Shown piece by piece: positions 1 to 13,900 of a stretch of 64,000 nt of DNA. This DNA is from Balanoglossus misakiensis. Taxonomy: Eukaryota > Animalia > Hemichordata. The notes below the pieces were generated by a model. The model was not told where the DNA came from. It searched no databases and saw only the letters and a list, made by a program, of their open reading frames with translations. The position numbers and the translations under genes are program-made. Numbering within the stretch: the stretch's first letter is position 1; each line of letters opens with the position of its first letter. The stretch covers positions 11,905,834-11,969,833 of the forward strand of contig CM082579.2 of assembly GCA_040954595.2 (NCBI GenBank), written 5' to 3'.

Positions 1-2437
1 TGTGTAGTAGCTCTTCGTCTTCACTACAAGGTAAATCATCCCCGTCCTTTGATTTTTCTTGAAGAATTAATAAAATTGCATAGGTTAAGTAGATTTTCCT
101 TTTGAGTTTACCAAGCGATGTTGTCATGGAACCGTCATTTTTCTAATTTCATTTCTGTACTGTAAATGCCGATACACGTACAACAACGTTAACAAAGTTA
201 CGGCGAATCGGTGGAAATAGTTCCGGTTGATGACGTAGAACAGGAGTGATATGGATTTTTGATCTGTCTTGATCTACATTGGCAGATGGTGATGTTGACT
301 GGTTCATATGACAAGGCAAGGGCAAATACATGTGGGTAAATAAAATCAATACATTAAGGAAGGTCTTACCATTATGAACATTAAGTCGCACATTGGTTGT
401 GCTGTGGGAAATACCTTCTCCCGTTTCGTAAATGACTGTACAATAGTAGACAGCTTCATCTTCCTTATGCACACGTTTGATTTCTAGTGACATGTCGTTA
501 AGCAGTGTATACTTTCCGCGTTCCGTCGTTCGAATTTGATTGCCGTTCCAATTAACTAAGTTTTTCTTTTCACTTCCCTTCACCCACGATACAACTGCAT
601 TATCTAAAGGTTTAAGTACAGTCTCGTCCGAAGATAAACACTTGAGTATTGCGATACCATGACAGTATGCGTCGATCTGTTTTTGAATGGTTATTGAAAC
701 TGGAAAATAATGTGAAAGAAGTATGTGATAAAGATATTAATTTGTGTACTCATAAATTTTATATCAGAATGATGCACGAATTAAATTTTAAACTGGAGGA
801 TAATAGGGCCAACATACGTGGAGATTGACTTGGTTATTTAGAAACTGTTGAGAAATCCGCAATGAAATGCAGCAGGCGACCAAGACGGCAGGGTGGAATT
901 ATTGCACTTCACGCTGTATTCCGTACTCTTGATTGGCATAGGAATATAGCGTGATATTACTTGGCTGACAGAATCTATGGCCCGCTGTGAGGGAATATGG
1001 TCCGCTGGGGACTGTTTTTAGGTTCTGCGCATCTTTTCTGCACATGAAATATTATCGGTCGGACACGTTCTCCATCTCCCGCATCTTTGACTTCGAAGAG
1101 GGACACGTCGACTTAAGGTATTACGCACCTCGAAATCAAACGTCGTCTGATCATGTTGAAATTAATACTGATCATACTATGACTTTAAAACATTTGAGCT
1201 ATGGAATAAAAATGGGGGTCAACCATTTAGATTTTGGAAAAGCGCCCTCTATCTAGCACCTCTTTAAGCTTTTGCCAGTGTTCGTAGATCTTTGTAAAAT
1301 AGCCTCAACAATAAGTATTTTGGGAGGGTCGTCATATTTTTTTCACCATTACAGAATCTAAACTTACTTAATATTTTATTTTTAGCAATTTTAAGATTTT
1401 ATCTTGTTAAGTATGATAATCGCATATCAATGCAACTGTCAAATTAAACACAGAATTGCCTAAAAATCCATTGTTACAAAAATAAACTTTTTTAAAACTT
1501 GGTAGATACCTTGTTTGAAATATATCAAATCAATTAAAGGCAAACAAAAGGGGTCACCGCGCAAATTGACACAGGAAGTTAAACATGGCTTTCGGGCGTT
1601 TTCAACTGCCCAGGATAGGCTGCAAAAGTGTCTGGTTGCTATAGCAACCATTAGAATTGCAAACGCGCGAAAAATCCAGTCCCACAAATACATCATGTGT
1701 ACAAAATTAACCTCACAGCACTACACTACAACTTTGTTCGGAAAACACTGGAAATAAAATTGAACTTTACACATTCTTCGCAGAACCGTGCGTGAACAAG
1801 TAAAAAGATCGAGGCGCGACATTCCTTAACCTGTTCAGTAAGTTGTTGGAAATGTTATTGCAAATGGATAATAAACACGTCAGAATTACAACCAGCAGCG
1901 CAATATCAGTTGTCCAAAATTATCCGAGTTAAAAGTAGGCCTACATCTACAGTGTTCCGTCGATCGAAACCTTCACTGCATGTAACGACCCTGGACGAAA
2001 CCTGCGCTTGAGCAGCACTGTGACCCACGTTTGCTCGAGATAACTTGTCGGGTTTCGTATAGAGTCTGCAACTGACCTCATATACCGATCACCGTGTCGC
2101 CATTTGATTTGTACACAGATAGAGAACAAAGAAATTGTACGAATTAGTCAAAACCAGAGTTCAATGTATGGAATGTAACTCTCTGCATGCCTGTACCATG
2201 ATTAGGCCGCCGGAACAAGCGAATTACTCATATACAACTACACTAAGTGATGCTCCTGACCCAAGTTACATGCTCATTATACACCGCCACTAGCAATCAA
2301 TGCAGATAAACAGCCACGCAATCATGACTCCAATCTGACAACGCGCCGGGGTTAAGCATTGTCTGTAAAAATGAAGACTCACCAACTGGTTTTTCCACTG
2401 CAATGATTAAGAAAAATAAGTGCAGCACCGGCGACAT
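1..2437 (-). CDS. Ig V-set domain protein with signal peptide, 5' part (gene continues beyond the left edge)
   Basis: Exon 2437-2383 (MSPVLHLFFLIIAVEKPV, donor GTGAGT, phase 1). Exon 699-370 carries the Ig hallmarks ILKC...VVSWVKG...SLEIKRVHKEDEAVYYC and has phase 1/1 boundaries. Probable next exon 57-1 (KSKDGDDLPCSEDEELLH). Confidence 0.8.
1117..1825. mobile_element. Non-autonomous DNA transposon flanked by TTAA (Kolobok-like)
   Basis: TTAA at 1113-1116 and 1826-1829; imperfect terminal inverted repeats GGTATTACGCACCTCG / CGAGGCGCGACATTCC. Confidence 0.55.
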
Positions 2438-2671
2438 CGTTAGAAATAAACAATACATAACCTGCGTCTTTATCGTGCGTCAAGTCACATAGAGACTGGT
2501 CGCACAGGAACATGTTGTCTTGAGTTGACGTCTGAAATAAATTATCACGTGACAGAGCTAATTTATGGCCATTGTTGTAAGAAAGACCAAGCGTATTCTT
2601 GACCGGCGAATTTCCCCTCGCTGCTTGCGACCACGCTGCCAGTTTCGCCTTGGGGGCTGATCACCAGTTAA

Positions 2672-2821
2672 AGGTATACGGTCACGTATGGAAATTCAGC
2701 TACAGTTACCATGGTAAACTTGAGATCTAGCCAATCACGTATTTTCAGTGGGTGGCACACGCGAAAAAAAGAGCGCCACCATATGTTCTTTAGAACCCAC
2801 AAATACGCCATTTGTATACCT
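2672..2821. mobile_element. TTAA-flanked MITE, copy 1
   Basis: TTAA|AGGTATAC...GTATACCT|TTAA; a related copy lies in inverted orientation at 21659-21799. Confidence 0.75.
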
Positions 2822-4630
2822 TTAACTCTTGTATACCAGATACCTCGTTTAAAAGCGATCGATGGGTCAAATTGTTCTGTCTAAATCGCAAACAAAATAG
2901 ATAAAAAACAACCAGAAGAAGACGAACATGGTTCTGTATAAGGTCAAAGGTTGGCGAGACAACATAAACCAGGACTGTGCTACATCTGTGCCAAACACAA
3001 TGTGAACGCGCACTATATAAGATTAGCTTATCTTGTCACAATCATCGGGATTAGATTTGCCCGGCCATGGACCTAGATGCGAACCCAGTAATAGGGTGTG
3101 TGAGAAGTGTCTACACTTTAGTTGGTGCATAACAATACAGACGTGCCTGTGTTGTCAGCAGGGTTGACAGGACAGACCTGTGGCAGGTCTGATCCAGCAG
3201 AGTGCTGCAGGTCTGGGGCCTTATCGCTGCACATGATCTGTTGGTCAGACATGCACCGCACATGCACTAGACCTGGTGAACTTTAGTTGTGAAGTATATT
3301 CCACCGGTCATTGAAATATTAAAACAGTGGAAACACGTCACAGCAAATTTGTTGGAGAAAAGACAATATTTATTTCAAGTATACACTATAAACTTTTGTC
3401 GCCACTATCTTTTGTGTTGCTGCAGAAACACGGATTCGCGTGTTCATGTAATAGATCATCCATACTGCTTTTGGAACAATAGGAATATTTTAGTAGACAG
3501 AAAATAAGTTTTCTAGAAAGATTTTGTTTTCAATCTGGTATATGATTTATTGAAGACTTGTTTGAGAAAAGTAAACCGATCCCATTTCATTCGTTGATTT
3601 GTCAATCTATCGCAAATACCTCTATTAATCGTCTGCAGTGGTTGGGATTGCTATCAGCAACACTAAAATATACAACCAAACACATAAAAATGATTACCCC
3701 ATTTGTCTTTTTTTCATTACGATAATAAAAATATCACAACTAATAAGATAACTGCCAAACTGATTTATAAGTATCTAATAGGCCATAAGATCCAGAACCA
3801 ACTGCATTGTGTAAGTTCTCTCAAAAGTACGAAAATTCTATTGATCAAATTATTTCTAACTTATTACTAGGAAAAGGTTTTCAAAACAACATAAAAAACA
3901 GAGACTTTTAATTTAAAATATTAAATAATGTTGTTCGTAATAACTTAATATTACATGTTTTTAATATACCCGGGATGCTGGGTTAACCTGGATCTCATAC
4001 TAACAAAAACCAGCAAAATGAAAACGATTACTTTATACCTTATATCAGCACCTGCAATGGAATATTCAGACCTGGGCTAGGTGTGGTTATACCCACCATT
4101 TATGGTTCGGTGTTACAGTGAATTTCCTTGAGTCATACGCATTATTTTTGCAAAAGCTTTTTCATACCTTTCCCGTTTTCTCGACATTTCACGGCAGTAC
4201 ACATATTCGTCCCTTTCCATGGCAAATGCAATCTCTTGGCTATGACGTTGCGGAATTAATCCACCATAAAAAACATACGATTTATTATTTACGACCTTGT
4301 TTATACGAAACTTGTGCTCGTTGTTTTTGTAGTTTCAGAAGTGAATGTCGCTGGTAAAATTCATTTCACAGAGTTGCCATTAGAGCGTTATAACAGACTA
4401 AGGATATACCTTAACCAGATGTACATACTGGATAAACGTTTGGCAAGGAGCCATTTCAAATTTGTTAATTTGAAGCATCAGCTGCATTTTGCACTAAGTT
4501 AACTAGACATTTATGTTATGGCTGGACAGAAAACTTATCTTTAAAAAAAACTTGTCAGCCCAAGAATGTATGAGATAAAACGAAAAAAACACCGCATGGT
4601 CGCCATTACCGTAGAAAGGTATCGAAACTG

Positions 4631-4668
4631 TGAGTCATATAAAGTTTGGGGACAAAACGGGGATTTCC
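4631..4668 (+). promoter_or_regulatory. Candidate promoter of the Roco gene (AP-1, TATA-like and NF-kB motifs)
   Basis: TGAGTCA at 4631-4637, TATAAA at 4638-4643, GGGGATTTCC at 4659-4668. Possible 5' UTR exon donor near 4770 and acceptor at 4942. Motif matches only. Confidence 0.35.
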
Positions 4669-4969
4669 GGAGTAAAAACCAAGAGGTCAAATAGTGGAGC
4701 AAAGTCCCACCTTCTGGTTAGGTGGACAAAGGCCCGGTGAACGTGTGGTCTGTAAGGGAAAATACCATAGTAAGCCTGTGCAAAATGACAACCGTGGCGA
4801 TCTCGGTCTGCTTAATGACAAATTACATGTATAAATACTAAAGTTCATTGATTGTTTTTCATACACATCTAAGTCCTTGAAATGTCAGGCGGGCAGGCAG
4901 GCATCGCATGGTCATTACAACTATAATTTTGTTTCTTTTTAGGTTTGAGAACACTCTTTATCTTAAAAC

Positions 4970-7900
4970 ATGGCAGACAGAAGTACCCTCGTAAAAATAT
5001 TTGACGAAATGAAAGGGAAGGAATTTAAACGTGCGAAAACATACTTGCAAGAATATGAGATACCTGCTGGAAAACTTGAGGAGGCGAAAGACTCGGATGA
5101 CATAGCACATCGCCTCCTAAGTCACTTGGAACCCGGCAGATGTAAACAGGTCGTTCGAGAAGTCCTGGAAAAGGTTCCATGTCAAGAATTGCTTGGACGG
5201 TTTGAAGATTTCCTCTCGCCACGGCCCGTGGGTAAGTGATGATCGCCTTCGGAACAAAAATGGTCATATCTAGGCTTGGGACGTGTGAGTGTGCATACGG
5301 TCCTGGAAAAGATACCGGTAGTTACTCCCGAATCCATTTAACGTCACCAGCCAGAGCGAACACTTGTTATATATGGATGACAAGCTTTTGGCTCTTCATT
5401 GACCCAAAGTTTCTGTCCTCGCAAAATCTTATTACGATTCCCGTATTAATAAGCCATGTACTGTATGGTCAAAATCTAGAAAAAGTGCATACCAGTAGTA
5501 CACAGGTGAACAAATACATTTTGGGTGAAATACACGCGTAATTGAAACGACATGTAACCTTTATGCAAAACAATACAAACAAAAGTCCGTGTATGTGGTG
5601 ATTGTGCTGGTTCGGAACAAGTTGCAGGTCATGACAAGCCTGGCAGCTCCCTATCTACACTGCGTAGTGGTGTCTTGATTAATTAAGGAGTGATATGGTC
5701 GAGTGTCTTGTGTTGAGTCGGATGTTGACCAAGGTGACGGCGTGTGTTTTCCTCGCTCGTCATCACAACTTGCTGAATGATATACCATATATACTTGGAT
5801 ACGTAACCTCGGGTGGGTGGGAGGGCGCTATCTGTCCCACAACGCTGTGATAAGGCACACGTGGTACCCTGGGTAGCCCCCTTACATATGCCATCTTATG
5901 CATATTCATTTTGGTTAGCCAATCACTACTCAGTATAGATAGCTCCCTATCTACACTGCGTAGTGGTGTCTTGATTGATTAAGGAGTGGAATGGTCGAGT
6001 GTCTTGTGCCTCTCTACGATATTTTCCTAATATCTACATATTCAAGGACACCCTCTCTCCAATCCTCATCATCGACCCATTTCCTCCCACGCACCCCACA
6101 CATATACATACACACTTTTCCTTTTCCTGGCCACTAGATTTACCATACCGATGGACACCGTCTTAATATGAACATATTTTCAGGATTCTTTATATTGGGA
6201 TGGCTTCTGTGTTTATTCACTTATGTACGCAATTATAACGCTTTCAAAATATCTCCTTTTGTCTGATATCCGTCAATTCCTTGGTCCTAAAACTTGGTGC
6301 CTATTGAAACGTATGCTCCGTCGAGGGGAAAGCCACTGAGGCCCCCTTTAGTTCGTTACATGTTTTATATACACCGTGTACATCTGCCACTGCCTCTTGT
6401 TGTAGTCGTACCGCGGGAGAGAATGGGAGCATGACTTTAGACATTTGCATGTAATATGAAGCAGTGGACTCCTGCGACCACCCTACATGTTGCATTATCA
6501 CTGGTACTGATGATCCTAACATGGCCAACGCGATGGCACAGGCACTACGGAAACCGTGTACAGTCTCACCCTGGTACATTCCTATCTTTCCACAGTAAAA
6601 TCTCAACCTAGAATTGGCGGCATTGGTTGACAAAGAACTATTTTCTATTTTCCCATCTCTAGTAGTTGAACGAAAGAGAAAACCTGGGTTGAGACTGATA
6701 CTAAGTGATTGTGTCATTTCAACATACTCAGTCAGTGCTGTAACGGGGCATATTAAAGTATTTTCATTCGTAAATATCGCACAAGGTCTCGTTTTACCAT
6801 CTCGTAGAGTTTTACCCCATACATGATTGATAAGGAGCCCGCCATTAGGTAGATTTATTATGTTATCTGTGTTAACAATTAGCAAATCTTCTGCTCTGCT
6901 CCCTGTGAATAGCAATGTAAGGAACAAAGCCCTGTCTCTTGCCAAAATATATGCATGGCATGGGTCGATATTTGGAAACCTTTCTAGTTGCGAGTTGATA
7001 TACTTAACTATATTCTCAACTGTTTCTGTTGTTTTAGGAATTGCCTGCTTTGGTATTAGATTCTGTTTCATTTGTTCCTCCGTCACTATCCTTAAGTATT
7101 GTTTAACTGTCTTATCAGCAGCTGGGTTTCCAAAACCAAACCTAGCATTCCATTCACCACTTCTACCCTCCTTTTGAAAGATTGATCTCAGTTGGCCGAT
7201 ATATGAATCCACTGTTTTGAAGGCGAGTCGGTTCGGACACAGGCATGGGTCTGAACGTGAGCAGGGTCCATCATGTACTACAGTACGACCGCTCTTATCT
7301 TTCCATACAAGGAATCTAAGCACATCTTTCGGTGTAGCTGAGGTAATCGTCTTTGGGGGTTCAATACTTCCAAGGACTACTTCGAACTCGGATTGAAGTT
7401 TAGACTTTCGTTGTGTATATGGCGTCGCTTGAAGTTTACCTTGAAGTTCTGCTATTCTCGTATCGAGGGCTTCAATATCAACTGGTGAAGGCTGAGGGCG
7501 CTCTGCCTCACAGACGTCAGCAATACGTCTTGTTCCACATTGCTGGCAGAAGTTAAAGTTAACATCATTTGGGTAGTGGCATTCCTTACATTGCTCTGCC
7601 GGTAACCATAGTCGTGGGGTACCTACCATCAGCATGTCCCTCTGTTAACAAATTATCATGAAAACACGACAATGAGTACTGTTGATAATACCTCTTTATT
7701 ATTTAACAAACACTATCTTTCGGAACGCATGTGGTAGCCATTTTGAACATTTGCTACATTGTCACAACACATACTATTTCTACAAATTTGTCAACAATTA
7801 TACACCAATGATCACACTGTGTCGTCATACATTGGTTATTTAATATTCTAAACCCCTTCCCTGTAACATTTCCACTTCATCTTCATAATTTCGTTATATC

Positions 7901-10900
7901 TCGTTTTAATGAGATGCGTTCCTGTACTTTCATTATAATATTATTCGTATTCCACATTCAGCCGTATTGTTGCAAGCCGAAATCGAAACGACAGAGCCAG
8001 ACATCGTACAGGGTTGGCACTGGTACCCAATAGCCCATTTTTGTGGGAACCTCCCAGACTTTATCTCCTGCACGTGCTATTTTGATCATCCTTAGAGCCT
8101 GATTTTCTACTATAGGCCACCAATATAAACATGGCGACAGTTGTGGTACGATCATGGACACCAACGCTCCTTCGTCCTGTAGAAATTTAAGTACGAGGCC
8201 AATCATGTTAAATGGTGGGAATGCATAACATTTTTCCCCTTGTAGGCTTTGTGTGAATACATCAACACCTGATGAGTTGGGAGTCCTGCATGGTGTGTAA
8301 TGTTTTACAGGGCGCCCGTCCCTATTTTTCTGTACATTGGAGTCAAGGGCCATTAAATCTACTGTATGATCACCAAATTCATTTTCTACTAGATCCCAAT
8401 ATATCGGGAGAGGTGAGCATCCATCGCTGACAGTCTACGTGATGGACCGTCAGCAGGGTTGTCAGCCGATGCAATATAGTCAATGTCAAGTATGATGTTT
8501 AGGTCATCCACCATCTCGTACAGTTGGTACAATGCATCATTAACCTCCATACTTTGTGTGCCCATATTCTTCCAGCCGTGCACTGCAACTTTATTATCCA
8601 CCTGTGCCTTAACCCTAGTGTTACTAAGTATATCTCTATGGGCACTAAGAACATTTTTAAGTGCTATGACTTCCTTATATGCGATAGATTTTTTTCTCAA
8701 CCCATGGGGCCAATAGTCGCCAACTGTTTCCCTTCCCGATGTACGTACAATACCGCCCCCATCCTCCCAGTGAGGCATCACTTACTAGCGAGATTTCTAC
8801 GTGTTTCTCCGTTCTCCATCGCGCCCAATCCTTGCCGGTATCAATTCTCCTCCAAGCTGCTATCTCTTTACGTAGGACCCCGGTTAGTGGTATCTGTGAG
8901 CTACTGCTATGTGCTGTAGCTATGGCTTTGGCAACCCTTCTCACAAATAATCTTGCTACTAGTACCGCCAAGGTGAATGAAACACATTTTCCCAGAAAAC
9001 GTTGAAGGGTGGTAACACTGACACTCTTTCTTTTAAGTAGAGATTCTCTAAGCTTTCCAAACTTGTGCTTTTTTGGTTCTGGTATCGTAAAAACCATCCT
9101 CTGAGTGTCCACACCAAAACCTAGATACTCTAAAATTTGCGTTGGTTGGAGAATACATTTACTTAGCCCAAGTGTGTAGCCCAACTCTATCATAACATAA
9201 CACATTATGAAACAGGCAGCCTCTGCTTTCTCGAAGTCACTCATACCGCGATTCATTACCAGTTGCCCTGCATGTCTATCATCGATATAAAGATTAGACG
9301 GTACACCACATCTCCGAACCTCATTCATTGCAGATAAGCCTATTGTTTGGTATATGTATGGCGAACATTTCCAGCCGAATGGGAGGGTCATTGGTACGTA
9401 CCAAAATCCACCCCACTGTTTCCCCATTAGGGCTCTACTTGAAAAACTTAAATGTACATGGTCATAACCACTCTTGTCATCTATTTTTGTCTGGTAGTGA
9501 TTTTTTCCCCATGTACCTAGGCAGATTGGTGACCAGTTCCAATTTGAAAGGCATGTCTTTGATCCAGTTATTTAAATATCTCTGATCGTGACAGAGTCGG
9601 GGTTTTGTCGGTTCGATCGTTAGCGGCATTACGTGGTGGTACTTTGCCAACTCTGCCCCAAATTTCCAGGGCCCCGGATTTGATTCTATCCAGTATCGTA
9701 TATGAAATAAAATCCTTAGGGCCTGGTCAGAATTAACAGGGGGGGGGGGAAGGCCGGTGCGATTAGGGGGAGGGTCACCATTTCTCATGCAACGGTTTGG
9801 GGGAGGGCCGCTACATTTTTGGCACTTGTCAAGGGGAGGGTCACTAATTTTTGTGCAAGGATGACACCGATAATGTAACAAATTTGAAGTGTTACAGAGA
9901 AATCCTGAAAAGAGACTTGCGCTCATATAGGCACTCATGTATGGATGTATTGATATCCCTTGTACTACAAATACATCACACAACTCACAAAACATACACA
10001 TGTACCAGTATGTGATCTTAAATCCCCTAACCCTAACCCTAACCCTAATTTCTTAAGGGAAGGGGAGCACAGTACGATATTTTACCCACAATTCTCCATG
10101 ATTTGTATCATCGAGGTTGTCCATTTAATAACTTTTTCTGTTTTAGATACTAACAATGATATGAAGTACATATAACTGTATTTATCTAGGAAAAGTATGT
10201 TGAGGAATTAGAGTGAAAATTTCAAAATCAATATTTAAAAGCCATAGGAATCAATGTATTCATGTACTGCAAATGTCACACTTTGGAGGAAACAAGCAAA
10301 TAACTAACTGTGGTGTATTTAATAGTGGTCTACAATTTTCTGTACACATGTGAACTTTGCCTGGTTTGACTGAGTAATATCTGATTGTACAAATCAGAAT
10401 GAATCATCGGATATTGTGGGGAGGGTCACTTGATTTTGTTCATGGAGAAGGGGAGGGTCAGCATTTTTTGTGCAAGAAATCGGTGGAGGGTCAGTATTTT
10501 TCATGCATGCGGATTTTGAATCGCACCGGCCTCCCCCCCCCCCCCTGTTAATTCTGACCAGGCCCTTATATCCATGACAATTCGGATTGTTAGGGAGGTA
10601 TTTACTTGGAGGAAAGCTACAAGCATATTCACCACCACATATTTCGCCACTAAAGGGTTTGATGAAGTCAAAAACTGATACGCCATTCTCTATCCACCTC
10701 CCCACTTGTCTCTCGTTATCTTGATCTTTAAGTATACCAAACCATTTTTCTTTCTGTGTATGAACCCCTCCGGCTAGAAAATATTCTGGGTCTCGAAATC
10801 TTAGCTGTTTCGCCGATACTCGCAGTCCGTTATCTAATACGTGTTTCGGATGGGGTATCACCGATGAGGGCGCTGCAGAACCGTTCCAAGCAACATATTT

Positions 10901-13900
10901 AACTTCCCTTGACAGGTGTTCAAGATATAGGCGGCATTCGGGTCCAGGTGTATCGCCTTCTCCCATTCTGGAATGTCAGGAGTGTATACCTACAACGGGA
11001 CAGAACATTTCACTAGGGTTGATCTTTATCCAGTATCAAATTCTGGGATGGGATTCAGCTCTTATTAACCTACATGGGGTGAAAACACCGCCTGGTTAAC
11101 AGGATGGAATGTAATAAGAATACATACCCTAGGAGATAGGTGCCGTTAATCAGAATTTTTGGTAAGGAAGGTTTGAGAAGTCCATTCTATGTAAAAAATG
11201 GTGCTGATTCCAAAAAAGTCAGTCTTATTGACCCCACTCAAGACAAAATTGCCATTTTGGCCATTTTAACCCAAAAATGGTCTTTTTTAGAAAACACTAA
11301 AAACACACTGTTTTCGTCACATTCAGAGATCTGATGACATATGATATGCTTATTCTATGTAAAATTTGGTGAATATTACGAAAAAAGTAGTTCGATTGAC
11401 CCAAAACAACAGAAAATTGTCTTTTTGACCATTTTTTGCCCCAAAAACGTCATTTTTAGAAAAAATTTAAAACTCACGGTTTTCTTCATAATGATTGATC
11501 TGGTGATATATGGAAAGTCAATTCTATGTTAAAAGTGGTGACTTTAAAAAATAAAGCACTCTTTTTGACCTCAATCAATATAAAAATGCCATTTTTGGCC
11601 ATTTTTTGAGGTCAAAAAAGGTCATTTTTACAAAAAAACTAAAAATAAATTGTGTTTTTCATATTCAGAGATCATTCGATATATGAAATGTCCATTCTAT
11701 GTAAAAAATGGTTCTGATTCCAGAAATAGCAGTCTTATTGACCCTACTCAAGAAAAAATGCCATTTTGCCACTTTTTGACCAAAAACGTCATTTTTAGAA
11801 AACACTCAAAATTTATATATTTTCTTCACTTTTGGAGATCTGATAATGTATTATATGCCCACCCTATGTAAAATTTGGTGATTATTCCAAAAAAGCAGAT
11901 TTATTGACCCAACCTAATGCAAAAATGCCCTTTTGGAAAGTTTTTGCCCAAAAAGGACTTTTTTAGAAAAAAATTTAAAAACAAACTTTTCTTCATAAAG
12001 CTCAGAGATCATGTGATATATGAAATGTTCATCCTATGTAAAAAATGGTGCTAATTCCAGAAATAGCAGTCTTATTGATCCTACTCAAGAAAAAATGCCA
12101 TTTTTGCCACTTTTTGCCCCAAAAACGTCATTTTCAGAAAACACTCAAAATTTATATATTTTCTTCACTTTCGGAGATCTGATAATGTATTATATGCCCA
12201 CTATATGTGAAAAATTTCCAAAAAAGCATTTTTATTGATGCCACTCAAGATAAAAGTGCCTTTTGGCAAGTTTTTGCCCAAAAAGTGTCATTTCTACAAA
12301 ACACCCAAAACTTTTATATTTTCTTCACTTTCGGAGATGATGATGTATTATATACCCACTCTATGTGAAAAAATTAAAAAAAATTTTTTACTGGCGCCAC
12401 TCAAGAAAACAGTGCTTTTTTGACAAGTTTTTGCCCAAAGAGCCACTTTTCGAAAATCATTATAAACAAACTGTTTGATTCTTATTTGGAGATTCTATGA
12501 TGTGTGAAAAGTACATTTATTGTAAAATAGGTGTTGTTTCCAGAAATGCAGTCTTAATGACCTGAACCATGATTAAATCACCTTTTTGGCTAAGTTTTGC
12601 ACAAAATTGTTATTTTTAAGAATATATTAATAGCATTCTCTTTTCTTCACTTTCGGTGATCTTATTATAAATAAAAGCCCATTCTATATTGAAACTTGGT
12701 TACTGTTCCAATAAAGAAAGTCTTACTTACCCTATTCAATTGAAATTTGTAATTTCGGCCACTTTTTTGGTCAAAAATGTTCATTAAAAACAAACAAACT
12801 AAAGACAAATTGTTTTCTTCATATTCAGAGATCTGATCATGTATGAAAAGTCCATTATGTGTAAAATTTGGTGACTATTCCAAAAACGGCAGTCTGGTTG
12901 GCCCCACTCTAGTCAAAATTGCCTTTTTGGCTATTTGTAGCCAAAAATAGATCTACACAAGAAAAATTTATCCTTTTAGCCATTTTGTACCGAAAAAATG
13001 TTTGTATTTGGAGTTTTTGCAAATTTAGCCTAAGTTGAACTCATAATGATGATGAAACAGCGTCGAGAGGAAAAGAAGTTACGAATTGAACAAAACTCGC
13101 GTCGATGAATGTAAACACGCCGCCCGGGACCAAGCTCTAAACATGATACAGATGACAAAAGAAAGGCATTGCACATTGCCCAAATATTCCCATACAGCAG
13201 TTCCAAATTAAAACGTCAAGGATTTTATGTTTATTTGGTTTAAGCCCACATTTTCCCTGCTGCGTGTTAGTTCAGGGGCCAGTTTTAGCAGTGCTCTATT
13301 GAGTATTCTAGCATCGCTCAATTGGGTTGCACTCCTGTCCAATCAGTATGACGGAGGTATCATGATATAAATTATAATATAATTTCTGATTTTGTATTCA
13401 GATTGAAGAGAATAAATTTCAACAATCTCTCCCGAGCTGGCATATCTGAACCTAAATATTTCACACCACTCATAATCGACTTATAGTAGACAGTGCGTAT
13501 ACATGGATCATCTTATTGTTGAGTTCAGTTTTGGGCTAAATGTGCCAAATTGTAGCAACCCTGTCTTTCAATATCATCAATTTAATTGATATTATATGGT
13601 TATGGCGTTTTAAATATGCATATACAACATCAGAACACAAAAGGCAAAAACATCAATTATATTTGTTTTCTGAAAATGCCTATTGTTGACCAAAAGATGG
13701 CTAAATGGCAATTTTGTACTGAGCGGGGTGTCTCAATAAGACCGTTGTGCTGGTATCAGCATATTTTTTGCACACACAAAAAAACAAAAAAAAAACGAAT
13801 TTACATACATCACAAGGGCTCTGAATATGAAGGAATAAGTTTGTATTTATTTTTTCTAACAGTTACCTTTTTGAGCAAAGAGGCAAAAATGATATTTTTT

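Noticed and set aside
10025-10048. (CCCTAA)4 as a telomere or fusion scar
   Set aside because: Only four units, inside a MITE.
6301-10966. RT + recombinase + methyltransferase read as a prokaryotic retron, DGR or defence island
   Set aside because: Gag knuckle, split direct repeats and the intronic animal context identify a DIRS-order retrotransposon.
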